Positions 1 through 9,055 are shown, counted from the whole stretch's first letter. The stretch: 63,170 nt of DNA, filler included, from Myxococcota bacterium (GCA_049322255.1; 3 parts of 3 records of this genome joined end to end with filler, not necessarily neighbours in it); one strand, 5' to 3'. Notes: a model not told the origin generated them from the letters alone. Program-made: numbers and translations.

Positions 1-264
1 CAGGTCACCAAGAACGACCCCTTCGAACTCCCTGACCACCCTCTGACGCCTGAGCGATTTCTGCCCCATGCCTGGCTTAGATCAGACCCAACAAACCCCT
101 GTCTACTTGTGCGGGATCATGAGCCGCGCTGCCCTGGGGCTTGGGTTGGGCGCCCTCGCTTCCCTCCTTAGAAAAGAGCCCCGATGAGGACGTCGCCGGA
201 AAAGGTCCGCCCGCACCCGCACGACGAGGGAGTCCCGCGTTGCCTCCGTCCGTGCCCGGGGGCC

Positions 265-625
265 CAAGGCCGTCGGCCGCCCTCCGTGCTCGAGCAGGAG
301 GTAGGTGTATTGGAGCTCGCCCTTGTTGTACGCAAGCTAGACGCTTCCGCTCGACGAGTCGAAGGCGCTTTCGACGAAGTGATGCACGGTGGCATCATCG
401 GCGGCCCGTTGGGTCGGTGAGCCGTAGACGCCCTTGGTACCCCGGTTGAAGAAGTACTTAGCGCGCTCGAGCAGCGCAGCATCCCCGGTGAGCTTGTAGC
501 CGAGCACCAAGGTGTTCACGAGGCTGGTGGTGTAGACGGGGTCTCAGAAAGTCTGGCGTTCCGTTGGCGGAATAGTTGTGCCATGAGGAGCTGCCCTGGT
601 AGCCGTACGAGCTGGGGTTTGTCGA
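265..625 (-). pseudogene. Degraded remnant of a probable secreted protein gene
   Basis: Protein-like reading (...SWHNYSANGT / QTF*DPVYTTSLVNTLVLGYKLTGDAALLERAKYFFNRG...GSV*LAYNKGELQYTYLL) is broken by an apparent frameshift and in-frame TGA (544-546) and TAG (337-339). Boundaries approximate. Confidence 0.45.
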
Positions 626-662
626 TTGAACCGCGAAGCGTCGGTCGCGTTATGGTGCACCC

Positions 663-1541
663 GTGCCGGTTCGCCTCGTCGTCACCGACATGGACAACAC
701 CCTCTACTCGTGGGTGGACTACATCGTGCCCGCGGTAGAAGCGATGGTCGACGCCATCTGCCGCGCCACCGGCTTTCCGCGCATCAAGGTCGTGCAGTCG
801 CTCAAGGCGGTCTACACGAAGTACGAGTCGAACGAGTACCCGTTCGTCCTCCAGGAGTCATCGATCTACGCCGAGTTTCCCGACTTCGGCAGCTTCGACA
901 AGCTGGTCATTCAACCCGCGCGCAGCGCCTTTGCCGAGGCACGGCGCAAGTACCTACGCCCCTTTCCTCACGTGCTCTCCACTTTGACGGCGCTCCAGCA
1001 GCGCGGCATCCCCGTGGTGGCGCTCACCGACGCTCCTCGAAATCCCGCCGAGTATCGGGCCAAATGGTTAGGCTTCGACACCCATCTCGCGGCGCTCTAC
1101 ACCCTGCCCGGCTTCACTTTCCCCGCCAACCCCGAGGGCGAGAAGCTGGTGGCCCAGGACATCGTGCGCAAAGACGAGCGGGGCGACTACCGCGCCGCGT
1201 GCAAAGTGGTGGAGCTTCCACGCGAGCACGAAAAGCCCAACCCGCTGGGGCTACGGCAGGTGTGCAAAGACTTCGGCATCGACCCGCGCGAGGTGGTGGT
1301 GGTGGGCGACAGCTTGAGGAAAGACATCGGGGTGGCGAAGGAGGTGGGCGCCCTCGACTGCTGGGCAGAGTACGGCACCTACGTCTCGGTGGAGTACCGC
1401 GAGCGACTGGACATCATCTCCGCTCCCGCGGTCACCCGGCGCCACGCGGCGAGTGTCTACGAATCCGACGGCAAGCGCCCCAACGACGCGCCCACGCACA
1501 CCTTCTCCAATTTTTCCCAACTTCTCGCCCTGGTCGGGTGA
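663..1541 (+). CDS. HAD-superfamily hydrolase/phosphatase
   Basis: Motif I VVTDMDNT, KP motif (EKPNP), motif IV GDSLRKD. Confidence 0.85.
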   Translation: MPVRLVVTDMDNTLYSWVDYIVPAVEAMVDAICRATGFPRIKVVQSLKAVYTKYESNEYPFVLQESSIYAEFPDFGSFDKLVIQPARSAFAEARRKYLRPFPHVLSTLTALQQRGIPVVALTDAPRNPAEYRAKWLGFDTHLAALYTLPGFTFPANPEGEKLVAQDIVRKDERGDYRAACKVVELPREHEKPNPLGLRQVCKDFGIDPREVVVVGDSLRKDIGVAKEVGALDCWAEYGTYVSVEYRERLDIISAPAVTRRHAASVYESDGKRPNDAPTHTFSNFSQLLALVG

Positions 1542-1568
1542 GCCCACTCCCTCATGGTCTGGTCACCA

Positions 1569-2243
1569 ATGGCCAAGAACCTCCTGTTCCTGGTGGTGGG
1601 GCTGGGTTTGGGCATCGGCATCGGTTGGGGACTCTTTGCGCACGACCTTTCGGCGGGAGGCCAACCGGAGCGGACGGACGAGGCAAGGATGCCGCCGTCA
1701 CCACCATTACCCTCGGTGAAGCTTCCTCGCCTGTCCCACCCGGATGAGGCCTCCGCGGACCAACGCGCGCTTCCTGCAACCGAAGAATTGGTGCAGCTAC
1801 GCCGCCGTGTCGAAGAGCTCGAAGCATCCCTGTCGATCTCCGAAGATTTCCGGCGCGAGCAAAAGGGCGCAGCAGAGGTCGAGCCGCCGCCCCATCTTCC
1901 CGAACGCTTTCGCAATGCGAAAGCCATCGAGCAAGCGGTGGAGGCGACCGCAAGACGCGCCGGACTGACGGTGGACTTCGAGGTCTCCTGTAACGAATAC
2001 CCTTGTCTGGTCGTGGGACGAGGTGCTCGCTCCAACGAAGACTTCGCGAACCTCGTCGAAACGACTTTGGGTGCGCCCTACGACATTGACGACCACACCG
2101 GAGCCACCGTGGGCCAACTGACCGACGCGGGCATGCAATGGTCGATAGGCATCGGCATCTACCCTGCGGAAGAACCAACCCGACGCGAAGAGGCCATTCG
2201 CCAACGGCTCATCGAGCGCCTACGGGCCGCGCTCCGCAGGTGA
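1569..2243 (+). CDS. Hypothetical membrane-anchored protein
   Basis: N-terminal hydrophobic helix, Pro-rich linker, short coiled coil, C-terminal globular domain with a Cys pair. Confidence 0.65.
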   Translation: MAKNLLFLVVGLGLGIGIGWGLFAHDLSAGGQPERTDEARMPPSPPLPSVKLPRLSHPDEASADQRALPATEELVQLRRRVEELEASLSISEDFRREQKGAAEVEPPPHLPERFRNAKAIEQAVEATARRAGLTVDFEVSCNEYPCLVVGRGARSNEDFANLVETTLGAPYDIDDHTGATVGQLTDAGMQWSIGIGIYPAEEPTRREEAIRQRLIERLRAALRR

Positions 2244-2250
2244 GCCCTCC

Positions 2251-3213
2251 TCACGACGGCCGCAGGCGCAAGGCGAGCTTGCCCAAGTGGTGGCGCAGGA
2301 CGTCCCGGTGCGCCTGGGCCGCTTCCTCCAGTGGGTAGACGTGGCCCAAGGTGACGTGGAACGGGCCGTGGGCGATGAGCTGATTCAGCCGCGCGAAAGC
2401 CTCGGGCGAGGGCACCCCGTCATAGGCCCGCCGTTCGACGCCCTGCGGCACCTCAGGGACCGGCTCTACCCCGTTGGGATAGGCGACCCGCCCACCCTTC
2501 TTCATTCGCTTCAAGGCGGCGTCGAGCTCTTTTCCCCCCGCCAGCGCCAAGGCGGCGTCGAGCCCTCCAGGAGCGAAGGCCTCCATCGCTGCGGCAACGT
2601 CACCGCGGTGCCCCTCGACTACCGCATCGGCCCCCAGCTTTTTCACCAACTCGAGACCGTCGGCACCCGAGGCCACCGCCAACACCCGCGCCCCCATGCG
2701 CTTGGCGAGCTGCACGGCGAGGTGGCCGATGCCACCGCTCGCCCCGAACACCATCAGCGACTGACCCGGGCGAAGTTGTAGCTCGTCCTCCAGGCCACGC
2801 AGCGCGGTGATTCCGTCGGCTCCCAGAGCTCCGGCCTCTTCGGTAGAGAGGGCCTTTGGAACAGGAGCGACATCTTCCTCCTTTACCGCCACGTACTCGG
2901 CGTAGAACTGTCCCTCGTAGGAGTAGGCGTATACGCGGTCTCCCTCTTTGAAGCGGGAGACTTTCTTGCCCACCGCGACGACCGTCCCCGCGCCATCGTT
3001 GCCCAAAATCTTGGGGAAGCCGCCTTTCCCCAGCTCGAATTCTCCTTCGCGAAGAGAGGGGTCCCACACGCCCACCCCAGCAGACTGCAACCGAATGAGG
3101 ACCTCGTCGTCTTTGGGCGCGGGCACCGGGAGGCGCTGGGGGTGCAGCACCTCGGGGCCACCGAAATGGTCAATCGTCACTGCCGTCATCTGTCCAGAAA
3201 TGGAGGAGCTCAT
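2251..3213 (-). CDS. NADP-dependent oxidoreductase (MDR/quinone-reductase-like)
   Basis: FGGPEVL, PKILGNDGAG and GASGGIG nucleotide-binding motif; start moved to ATG 3213. Confidence 0.85.
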   Translation of the reverse strand: MSSSISGQMTAVTIDHFGGPEVLHPQRLPVPAPKDDEVLIRLQSAGVGVWDPSLREGEFELGKGGFPKILGNDGAGTVVAVGKKVSRFKEGDRVYAYSYEGQFYAEYVAVKEEDVAPVPKALSTEEAGALGADGITALRGLEDELQLRPGQSLMVFGASGGIGHLAVQLAKRMGARVLAVASGADGLELVKKLGADAVVEGHRGDVAAAMEAFAPGGLDAALALAGGKELDAALKRMKKGGRVAYPNGVEPVPEVPQGVERRAYDGVPSPEAFARLNQLIAHGPFHVTLGHVYPLEEAAQAHRDVLRHHLGKLALRLRPS

Positions 3214-3289
3214 GTCCCAAAGCGTTTGCACCTCCACCCGTAGTCGCCACCAGGGCCTGCCCCCCATCTGTCTCAGCAGCCAGCCGTCT

Positions 3290-3973
3290 TCAGCGAGCGG
3301 CTGGTACGGGTGGCGAGGCTGAACCCACCCCGGCATCCGGTCGCTCGAGACTCGCGGCCACCGCTTTCGAGGCGTCTTGGCGTGGAAGCGAGGCAAGGTA
3401 CGGCCGCTCGGGAGTGCACCGCGGCGCGCGCACCAACTGGCTTACCTGCGCGTCTCCATGCCCGACGAGCCTCGCGGGAACCGAGTCGTTGTTCCAACTG
3501 CTGCCTGTCCTAGCCACTTTGAAGTGCAGGTGCGCGCCGCAGGCCCATCCAGTACGCCCCGAGTAGCCGAGCAGGTCGCCGGCCTTCACCGCGTCTCCCG
3601 GCTTCACCACCACCTTGGAGAAGTGGAGGTACTGCGTTTCCAGCCCGCCCTCGTGCGCCACCACGACGAAGTTCGCCTCGGCGGCCAGGCGAACGTCGCA
3701 AGCGCCGACGGAGGAGTCGCCCCGGGCCAGGCGCACCACCCCGTCACGGGCGGCGACGATGGGTTCTCCCTCGGGCATGCGAAAGTCCCAAGCGAAGGCA
3801 TCTTTGTGCTGGTGGCTACCTGTCTGGTGGGCCTGTGACACGGGGAAGGTGCGCCCGCACCCGAAAGGCACCTCGAGCTCGGGTGCTTCGCCGCCGTCGG
3901 TGGCTCCCACATCGGGGGCGCCCGCCAACAACGGACCCATCGACACCAACACGGACAGAACGCTGGGCGACAA
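3290..3973 (-). CDS. M23 family metallopeptidase
   Basis: H...D (GSHQ..AWDF), YLH, G-x-S-G-x-T-G and HLHF motifs; N-terminal signal. Confidence 0.85.
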   Translation of the reverse strand: MSPSVLSVLVSMGPLLAGAPDVGATDGGEAPELEVPFGCGRTFPVSQAHQTGSHQHKDAFAWDFRMPEGEPIVAARDGVVRLARGDSSVGACDVRLAAEANFVVVAHEGGLETQYLHFSKVVVKPGDAVKAGDLLGYSGRTGWACGAHLHFKVARTGSSWNNDSVPARLVGHGDAQVSQLVRAPRCTPERPYLASLPRQDASKAVAASLERPDAGVGSASPPVPAAR

Positions 3974-4045
3974 AACGGGCCGACAACCTCTGCCCAGGGT
4001 GAGCCATTCCGAAAAGCTCGTTCACTTCGCGCCCCTTCGCCCGCT

Positions 4046-4065
4046 GTGCGGTTAAGCTGCCTTTC
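4046..4065 (+). promoter_or_regulatory. Promoter-like motif GTGCGGTTAAGCTgCCTTTC (copy 1)
   Basis: Contains a TAAGCT -10-like hexamer upstream of ATG 4080; 19/20 identical to 4803-4822. Confidence 0.45.
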
Positions 4066-4079
4066 GTGGGAGGGACTCC

Positions 4080-4694
4080 ATGACCAGCACGCTGGCAGCG
4101 GCTTCGTCGTCGGCGATGGCGACGGGGCCGTTTTCGCATCCCCGCTACACCATCAAGCGGCCGTTCTTCACCTTGCTCGGGCGCAAGTTCTACGTCTACG
4201 GCGCCGACGGATCCTTGGCGCTCTTCGTACGCCACAAGCTGTTCGCCTTGCGCGACGAGTGGAACCTCTACTCCGACGAAAGCGAGGCCCGACCGCTGAT
4301 ACAAGTAAGGGCGCGTCAAGTCATCGGCATCAACATCATTTCCGATGTCTTCGACGCCCAGAGCGGGCAGAAGCTAGGCACGGTGCGCAACAAGGGCCTC
4401 AAATCTATCGTGCGCGACACGTGGGAAACCCTCGACGAGAAGGACCAGCCCCAAGGCAGCTTCACCGAAGACTCCAGCGCCCTCTTGCGCCGCTTCCTTC
4501 CGCTCTTGCCCGGCCACTGGCACCTGGAGGTGGGCGGTGAGGTGGTGGCCAAGCTCGACCAGGTATTTCGCTTCTTCGTCAAGGAGTTCACCCTCGACCT
4601 CTCCCTCTCTCAGGGGCGCGTCGACCCCCGCTTCGCCCTTGCCTGCGCGATGCTGGCGCTGATGCGCGAGGTGGCACGCGAGTCACGCGGATGA
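4080..4694 (+). CDS. LURP-one/scramblase-like (Tubby C-terminal fold) protein
   Basis: Repeated beta-strand pattern (YTIKR..FF..GRKFYVY; G.V.NKG; F..EFTLD..DPRFALA) typical of the family. Confidence 0.65.
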   Translation: MTSTLAAASSSAMATGPFSHPRYTIKRPFFTLLGRKFYVYGADGSLALFVRHKLFALRDEWNLYSDESEARPLIQVRARQVIGINIISDVFDAQSGQKLGTVRNKGLKSIVRDTWETLDEKDQPQGSFTEDSSALLRRFLPLLPGHWHLEVGGEVVAKLDQVFRFFVKEFTLDLSLSQGRVDPRFALACAMLALMREVARESRG

Positions 4695-4802
4695 TCTACC
4701 GACGCACCGTTACGGTGAGCTCGGCTGCCCGTCATCGCCAAAATCATCAGCGCGTTCGCACCCAACTCGGCAACCGTGGGAGACAGTGGGCCCGACATCC
4801 TC

Positions 4803-4822
4803 GTGCGGTTAAGCTACCTTTC
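4803..4822 (+). promoter_or_regulatory. Promoter-like motif GTGCGGTTAAGCTaCCTTTC (copy 2), possibly leaderless
   Basis: TAAGCT ends 9 nt before ATG 4825 and there is no SD. Confidence 0.45.
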
Positions 4823-4824
4823 CC

Positions 4825-5214
4825 ATGAGCATCGAGCTCCAGACAGGAACCACCCTCCCCTTCGAGCGCTTCTGGAAGTGGCTCGCCGACCACCCCAACT
4901 GCCTATTGCGCGCGGGCACCGGGGAGGCAGTTCTTTACGACCAAGAAGACTTCCACTGGCACTTCGACGAGGACGGCCCCACCGCGCAGGTGGTGCAGCT
5001 CATCCGCGGCAAGCAGCTCATCGGCGAGCTGCTCCTCGACACGCGTGACGTCCTCTACGTACAGGCTGGCGCCGACCCGGAGAGTGCCGAACGTGGCTGG
5101 GTGCTCTTCCAAGTCATCGGCGGACCCAAAGAAGGCCCTTACCCCGTCTACCACTTTCTTCTCGCCCACGGCCTGGAGGGCGAGGCCGCTCACTTAGGCG
5201 CGCTCAAGCACTGA
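4825..5214 (+). CDS. Hypothetical protein
   Basis: Clean ORF with GC3-biased codons; no recognisable motif. Confidence 0.7.
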   Translation: MSIELQTGTTLPFERFWKWLADHPNCLLRAGTGEAVLYDQEDFHWHFDEDGPTAQVVQLIRGKQLIGELLLDTRDVLYVQAGADPESAERGWVLFQVIGGPKEGPYPVYHFLLAHGLEGEAAHLGALKH

Positions 5215-6106
5215 GCTGTCGCACCGCCGCCGCCAGCACCGGAGCCACGCTCACCACCTCCAGCGGCAGAGCCACCCCAGCGGGCGTAGGCACGGTGTCG
5301 GTAGTAAGCACCCGGCGAAGTGGCAGCTTGCTCAAACGCTCCACCGCCGGGCCGACGAACAGGCCGTGGGTGACAGCGAGGGTGATGTTCGGGTGGCAGC
5401 CGGCGTTTTGCAGCGCCTGGACCGCCGCGGCCATCGTCCCCCCGGTGGAGAGCATGTCGTCCACCACCACCGGCGAGCGCCCCCGTACCTCTCCCACCAC
5501 GGCCGCAGCGGCAACCTCGGTGGCCGAGAGCCGGTGTTTGTGCACCACCGCCACCGGCGCATCGAGCAGCTGGGCGTACCGTTCGGCCAGCTTCACTCCT
5601 CCCAAGTCAGGGGAGACCACCACCCGGCGCTCGCCCCGGCCAAGCTTCGCCGCCAGCGCCTCGACGGCGCTCACCTGCGTCAGCGGCGCGCGAAAGCACG
5701 CCTCCACCGCGGTGGAGTGCAGGTCCACCGCCAGCACCCGGTGCACTCCCGCCGCAGTGAGGAGGTCGGCCACCACCCGAGCTCCCAATGGTTCCTTGCC
5801 GCTTTCCCGACGGTCCTGGCGCGCGTAGCCGAAATAGGGGATGACCGCCGTCACCCTCCGGGCACCGCTGCGTCGCGCCGCGTCCACCCACAACGCCAGC
5901 TCGAGCAACCGCTCTCCAACCGGAGCGGTGGTCGGCTGCACGACGAAGACGTCGCGCTCGCGCACGTCCTCCTCCAAGCGCACCTCGAGCTCCCCGTCGG
6001 GGAATGGGGACACACTGGCGGCGGCGAGGCGTTGACCCAGCTGTTGAGCGAGCGCCTCCGCCAGCGCGCGGTTCGCCGAGCCACTAACGAGGAGCGGAAC
6101 CGACAT
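5204..6106 (-). CDS. prs: Ribose-phosphate pyrophosphokinase
   Basis: FPDGE, PYFGYARQDRR, DLH, SPDLGG and VVDDMLSTGGT PRPP-binding motif. Confidence 0.93.
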   Translation of the reverse strand: MSVPLLVSGSANRALAEALAQQLGQRLAAASVSPFPDGELEVRLEEDVRERDVFVVQPTTAPVGERLLELALWVDAARRSGARRVTAVIPYFGYARQDRRESGKEPLGARVVADLLTAAGVHRVLAVDLHSTAVEACFRAPLTQVSAVEALAAKLGRGERRVVVSPDLGGVKLAERYAQLLDAPVAVVHKHRLSATEVAAAAVVGEVRGRSPVVVDDMLSTGGTMAAAVQALQNAGCHPNITLAVTHGLFVGPAVERLSKLPLRRVLTTDTVPTPAGVALPLEVVSVAPVLAAAVRQLSA

Positions 6107-6210
6107 GTTCTTAAGGTTCGCACGAGCGGGCGAGCCGGTGGAACCTTCGGAAAGCGGGTGTCGACGGCTGGGCGAACCCACCCCATCTTTTGTCCAATAA
6201 GGGGGAGAAG

Positions 6211-6705
6211 ATGAGCGAGGCCTTTCACAGCGGCGTCCATCAAGCGCTTCTCGACCGTTTGACCCAGGCGGGCCTGGGCGCCGAGCAGGCTCAAGAAGCG
6301 GCCGCTTCGGTGTTGTGCGCACTGGAGCAACGGCTCTTTGGCGAGGGGGCGAAAGACCCGACTGTTCCTCATCCATGGCGACTTCTGCAGTTGCTGCGGC
6401 GCTGCCGCCACCACGTGGGTGTTCCCCCGCACCACATCGACCGCACGGAGTTTTTGCTCATGGTGGCGCGCGACCTCGAGGTTTCGCCCAGTGAGGCCGA
6501 GGCGCTCACCCGCTGCGTCTTCCGGGCAATGGGTGAGCAGGTGAGCGAGGCCGAGCGTCGCCACGTGCTCGCCCACCTGTCGGTCGACCTGCGCGAGCTG
6601 TGGCCGCTCGAAGAAGCGCAGCCTTTTGTTACGAAAGCTGCCCGCGCTCCAACAGCTCGCGAGCCCGCTGGGCCTGACGGCGGCTCACCTGTTCCAGCCC
6701 GATGA
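6211..6705 (+). CDS. DUF2267-like protein
   Basis: Helical duplication AQEAAASVL..L / AEALTRCVF..M..QVSE.E...V..HL..DLRELW; SD GGGGAG before ATG. Confidence 0.65.
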   Translation: MSEAFHSGVHQALLDRLTQAGLGAEQAQEAAASVLCALEQRLFGEGAKDPTVPHPWRLLQLLRRCRHHVGVPPHHIDRTEFLLMVARDLEVSPSEAEALTRCVFRAMGEQVSEAERRHVLAHLSVDLRELWPLEEAQPFVTKAARAPTAREPAGPDGGSPVPAR

Positions 6706-6967
6706 AGAACTCCGCGAGCGCCAGGTTGCCGGCCCGCTCGGCGTCTTGCACCGCCTTGGCGTACGACTGCGCCCCTTCGAGCAGATGGTCGATGGCCATC
6801 AACAAGTCGTAGCGCCCGTCCCGGGCCCGCCGGGGCGGAAGCCAGCTGAAGGAAGTCGCGGATGCAGGCATCTGTTCTCCAGGAGCGCGAGGGCCCTGGG
6901 AGATACTCCCGCCTTCTGCTTCCGCCAATCGGCCGGTGGATCCACCCTCGTGTCGCTCAGAAGACAT
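6629..6967 (-). CDS. Small helical (ferritin-like) hypothetical protein
   Basis: YDLLMAIDHLLEGAQSYAKAVQDAERAGN..LAEFF pattern; start uncertain. Confidence 0.5.
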   Translation of the reverse strand: MSSERHEGGSTGRLAEAEGGSISQGPRAPGEQMPASATSFSWLPPRRARDGRYDLLMAIDHLLEGAQSYAKAVQDAERAGNLALAEFFIGLEQVSRRQAQRARELLERGQLS

Positions 6968-6978
6968 GACCTTCACCT

Positions 6979-7377
6979 TCACTCTGGCAGGCGCGCCACC
7001 GCCCGCCGCGCCAGCTGCGCCGCAAGTCCCGAAGCGAAGGCGAGCGCCCATCGCCGCGCCAGCTCTGCCGGCAAAGGGCGGTAAGGAGCGCGGGTAGCGA
7101 CTCGACGCGGGTGCTCCCAGGCACGAATGAAGGCCCGCACCCGTTCTCTCGCTGCGCGCGCTCGCCGGCTCTTCTGTCGAAGCCGCGCCAGCCACACCCC
7201 CCCGCCCACCGTGAGCACCAAGGTGCCTACCCCCACTACCCACCACCCCAGGTGGACGCGCAGCTGGTAGCGGACGCTCAAGGCTCGATGGCGCCGGCGG
7301 TCGACCTCCTCCAGAGTGAGGAGAAGCTCGTCGCGGATTCGGTCTGCCGCTCGCCGGCTTTGCTCCATCGGGGTCAT
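6979..7377 (-). CDS. DUF3618-like membrane protein
   Basis: RIRDELLLTLEEVDRR followed by a TM helix; ATGA-coupled to the upstream holin-like gene. Confidence 0.6.
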   Translation of the reverse strand: MTPMEQSRRAADRIRDELLLTLEEVDRRRHRALSVRYQLRVHLGWWVVGVGTLVLTVGGGVWLARLRQKSRRARAARERVRAFIRAWEHPRRVATRAPYRPLPAELARRWALAFASGLAAQLARRAVARLPE

Positions 7378-7778
7378 GCGAAACGCTCCTTGGCCAACCG
7401 GAGGTCGGTCTTGAGGCGTTCTTTCGTCTGAGGCAACGCGGCGTGGGGGCGTTTGCGTAATCCCACGAGCGCGCACCCTACGGCGAGGGCCAACACCAGG
7501 CCGCCCATGAAGAAAAGCCCGGCCCCAGGCCCGATGCTCAGCGCCACACCGACAGCGGCGAAAAAGAGCGCCGCCGCGCACACCGCCAACACCACCGCCG
7601 CCCCCAAGAGCCCCCCGGCCACTTTCGCCTGCGACAGCTCAGCACGCAGCTCGGCCTTGGCGTGCAGCACCTCGGCCCTGGCGAGCAGCCGCACCTCCTC
7701 TGCCGCCAGCCGCAATAGCTCGCCGGTGGGCAGCGCCGCCAGTTGCTGGCGGTCGAGCCGCGACTCGTCCTTCTCCAC
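7374..7778 (-). CDS. Phage-holin-like (DUF1469) membrane protein
   Basis: L.R.EV.HAKAELR, two TM helices, LPQTKERLKTD ending; SD GAGGAGGTGAGG. Confidence 0.75.
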   Translation of the reverse strand: MEKDESRLDRQQLAALPTGELLRLAAEEVRLLARAEVLHAKAELRAELSQAKVAGGLLGAAVVLAVCAAALFFAAVGVALSIGPGAGLFFMGGLVLALAVGCALVGLRKRPHAALPQTKERLKTDLRLAKERFA

Positions 7779-7957
7779 GCCTCACCTCCTCGTGCGCCGC
7801 AAAGATGGGCCCTTTCCTGCGCGCCGAGAACCCCACCGCGCTCCTCACTGGACGAGGGAGTGCCTATCGTCGTGGAGGCAAGTTTGTCCTCCCAGGAGGT
7901 GGGCGGCTGGCCGAAGGAGCGTTCGAACGCGTCTCCGGTCGGCTCCCCAAGAGAACG

Positions 7958-8077
7958 ATGAACGAAACGACCGCGGTCCTGCTGTGGCTTGGGGTGTACC
8001 TCTTCGTATTCGCCGCGATGCTGTCGTTCTTTTGGCGCCGCGCGGGGCCCAAAGGCCCCACCTCTCTTCCCCGCTAG
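7958..8077 (+). CDS. 39-aa single-TM small protein
   Basis: MNETTAVLLWLGVYLFVFAAMLSFFWRRAG...; hydrophobic helix followed by RR. Confidence 0.45.
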   Translation: MNETTAVLLWLGVYLFVFAAMLSFFWRRAGPKGPTSLPR

Positions 8078-8083
8078 GGCTCG

Positions 8084-8221
8084 TCAGCGCGCAGTGAGGG
8101 TGACGAGAGCGGAGCGTTCAGCGAGGCGCTGGAGAGGATTTCCTCCGGCGGAGAGCGCCAGCTGCGTCCCTGCCGTCCACATCACATAGAAGGCCACGGC
8201 CAAGAGCGTCAGTTTGCGCAT
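8084..8221 (-). CDS. 45-aa small protein with signal/TM segment (not in ORF track)
   Basis: MRKLTLLAVAFYVMWTAGTQLALSAGGNPLQRLAERSALVTLTAR; GAGGAGGAGG immediately upstream of ATG. Confidence 0.5.
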   Translation of the reverse strand: MRKLTLLAVAFYVMWTAGTQLALSAGGNPLQRLAERSALVTLTAR

Positions 8222-8378
8222 GCCTCCTCCTCGACGATGAGAAGGGTACGGGAGGCCGGAGGCGGATCAACTTTTCAGCTACAGCTCGCCACAGTCATGT
8301 GATCTGCGGATCCGCGACGACCGCAACGACGCTCCACGGGATGCGCCGGACACTCGTTGCCCTTCGCGCAGTGCGTGC

Positions 8379-8743
8379 CGAATCGTCAACCAGCGAGGGC
8401 GATGCGCGGCTCGGGGGCACTCGAGCAGACACGGGCCACTGCGGCGCGGATGGTGGCGGCGGCGTTGACGATTTCGAGGCGCACCTGGGGGTGAGCCTCG
8501 GCGTAGCGCACCAACAGCTCGTCGAGAAACTCATCGGCCACGTCCTCCACCCCAGCGAAGTCCACCACCAGCTCGGCGGCGGTGACGTCACAGAGGAGAA
8601 TGCGGGCGGAGAGGCGGAACTCGGCACCCGCCGAAGCCACCTCCAGCCGCACACGGCTGGCCTGCGGCGAATCGTCAACCGGCGGGTTGTCGGCGAGCGG
8701 CAACGAGCCGGGCGCCAGCAACGCAGGCTGCGAATCGTCAACC
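8379..8743. repeat. Dispersed 13-bp repeat CGAATCGTCAACC (8379, 8668, 8731) plus an inverted 10-mer at 8464
   Basis: Exact copies read directly from the sequence. Confidence 0.8.
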
Positions 8744-8937
8744 GCGGAGGCAAGGCGGTAGCGCGCCGCGCGGGCCTTGCCTTCCACCACCAGTCGCCCC
8801 GCGGCCACCATCGCCCGAAGCTGCTTGTGCGCCGCCTGCCGCGAAACGCCCGTCAGCGCCGCCACATCGCCCGTTCTCACCACCTCTCCCCGAGAGAGGA
8901 GGTCATCGATTGCCTGCTTAACGCCGCGTGGGACCAT
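8386..8937 (-). CDS. Winged-HTH plus STAS-like (DUF4325) protein
   Basis: TGDVAALTGVSRQAAHKQL...GKARAARY wHTH; VVDFAGVEDVADEFLDEL STAS-like motif. Confidence 0.75.
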   Translation of the reverse strand: MVPRGVKQAIDDLLSRGEVVRTGDVAALTGVSRQAAHKQLRAMVAAGRLVVEGKARAARYRLASAVDDSQPALLAPGSLPLADNPPVDDSPQASRVRLEVASAGAEFRLSARILLCDVTAAELVVDFAGVEDVADEFLDELLVRYAEAHPQVRLEIVNAAATIRAAVARVCSSAPEPRIALAG

Positions 8938-9055
8938 GTGCGCATCGTAAGGAGGGACAGCAGCGGGTCAAAAAAACGGCTACAGCGCGCTACACGGAGC
9001 GGAGCATGAAGCCAGGCGCAGTCCACCTGCACCCACGCCCTTGTCGCCGCTTCGC

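Noticed and set aside
1..171. 3' end of an upstream + strand gene
   Set aside because: The frame is open but has no recognisable motif and atypical codons; cannot be supported
7374..7778. Prophage signalled by a holin-like gene
   Set aside because: This family is commonly chromosomal with DUF3618-like partners; no phage genes nearby
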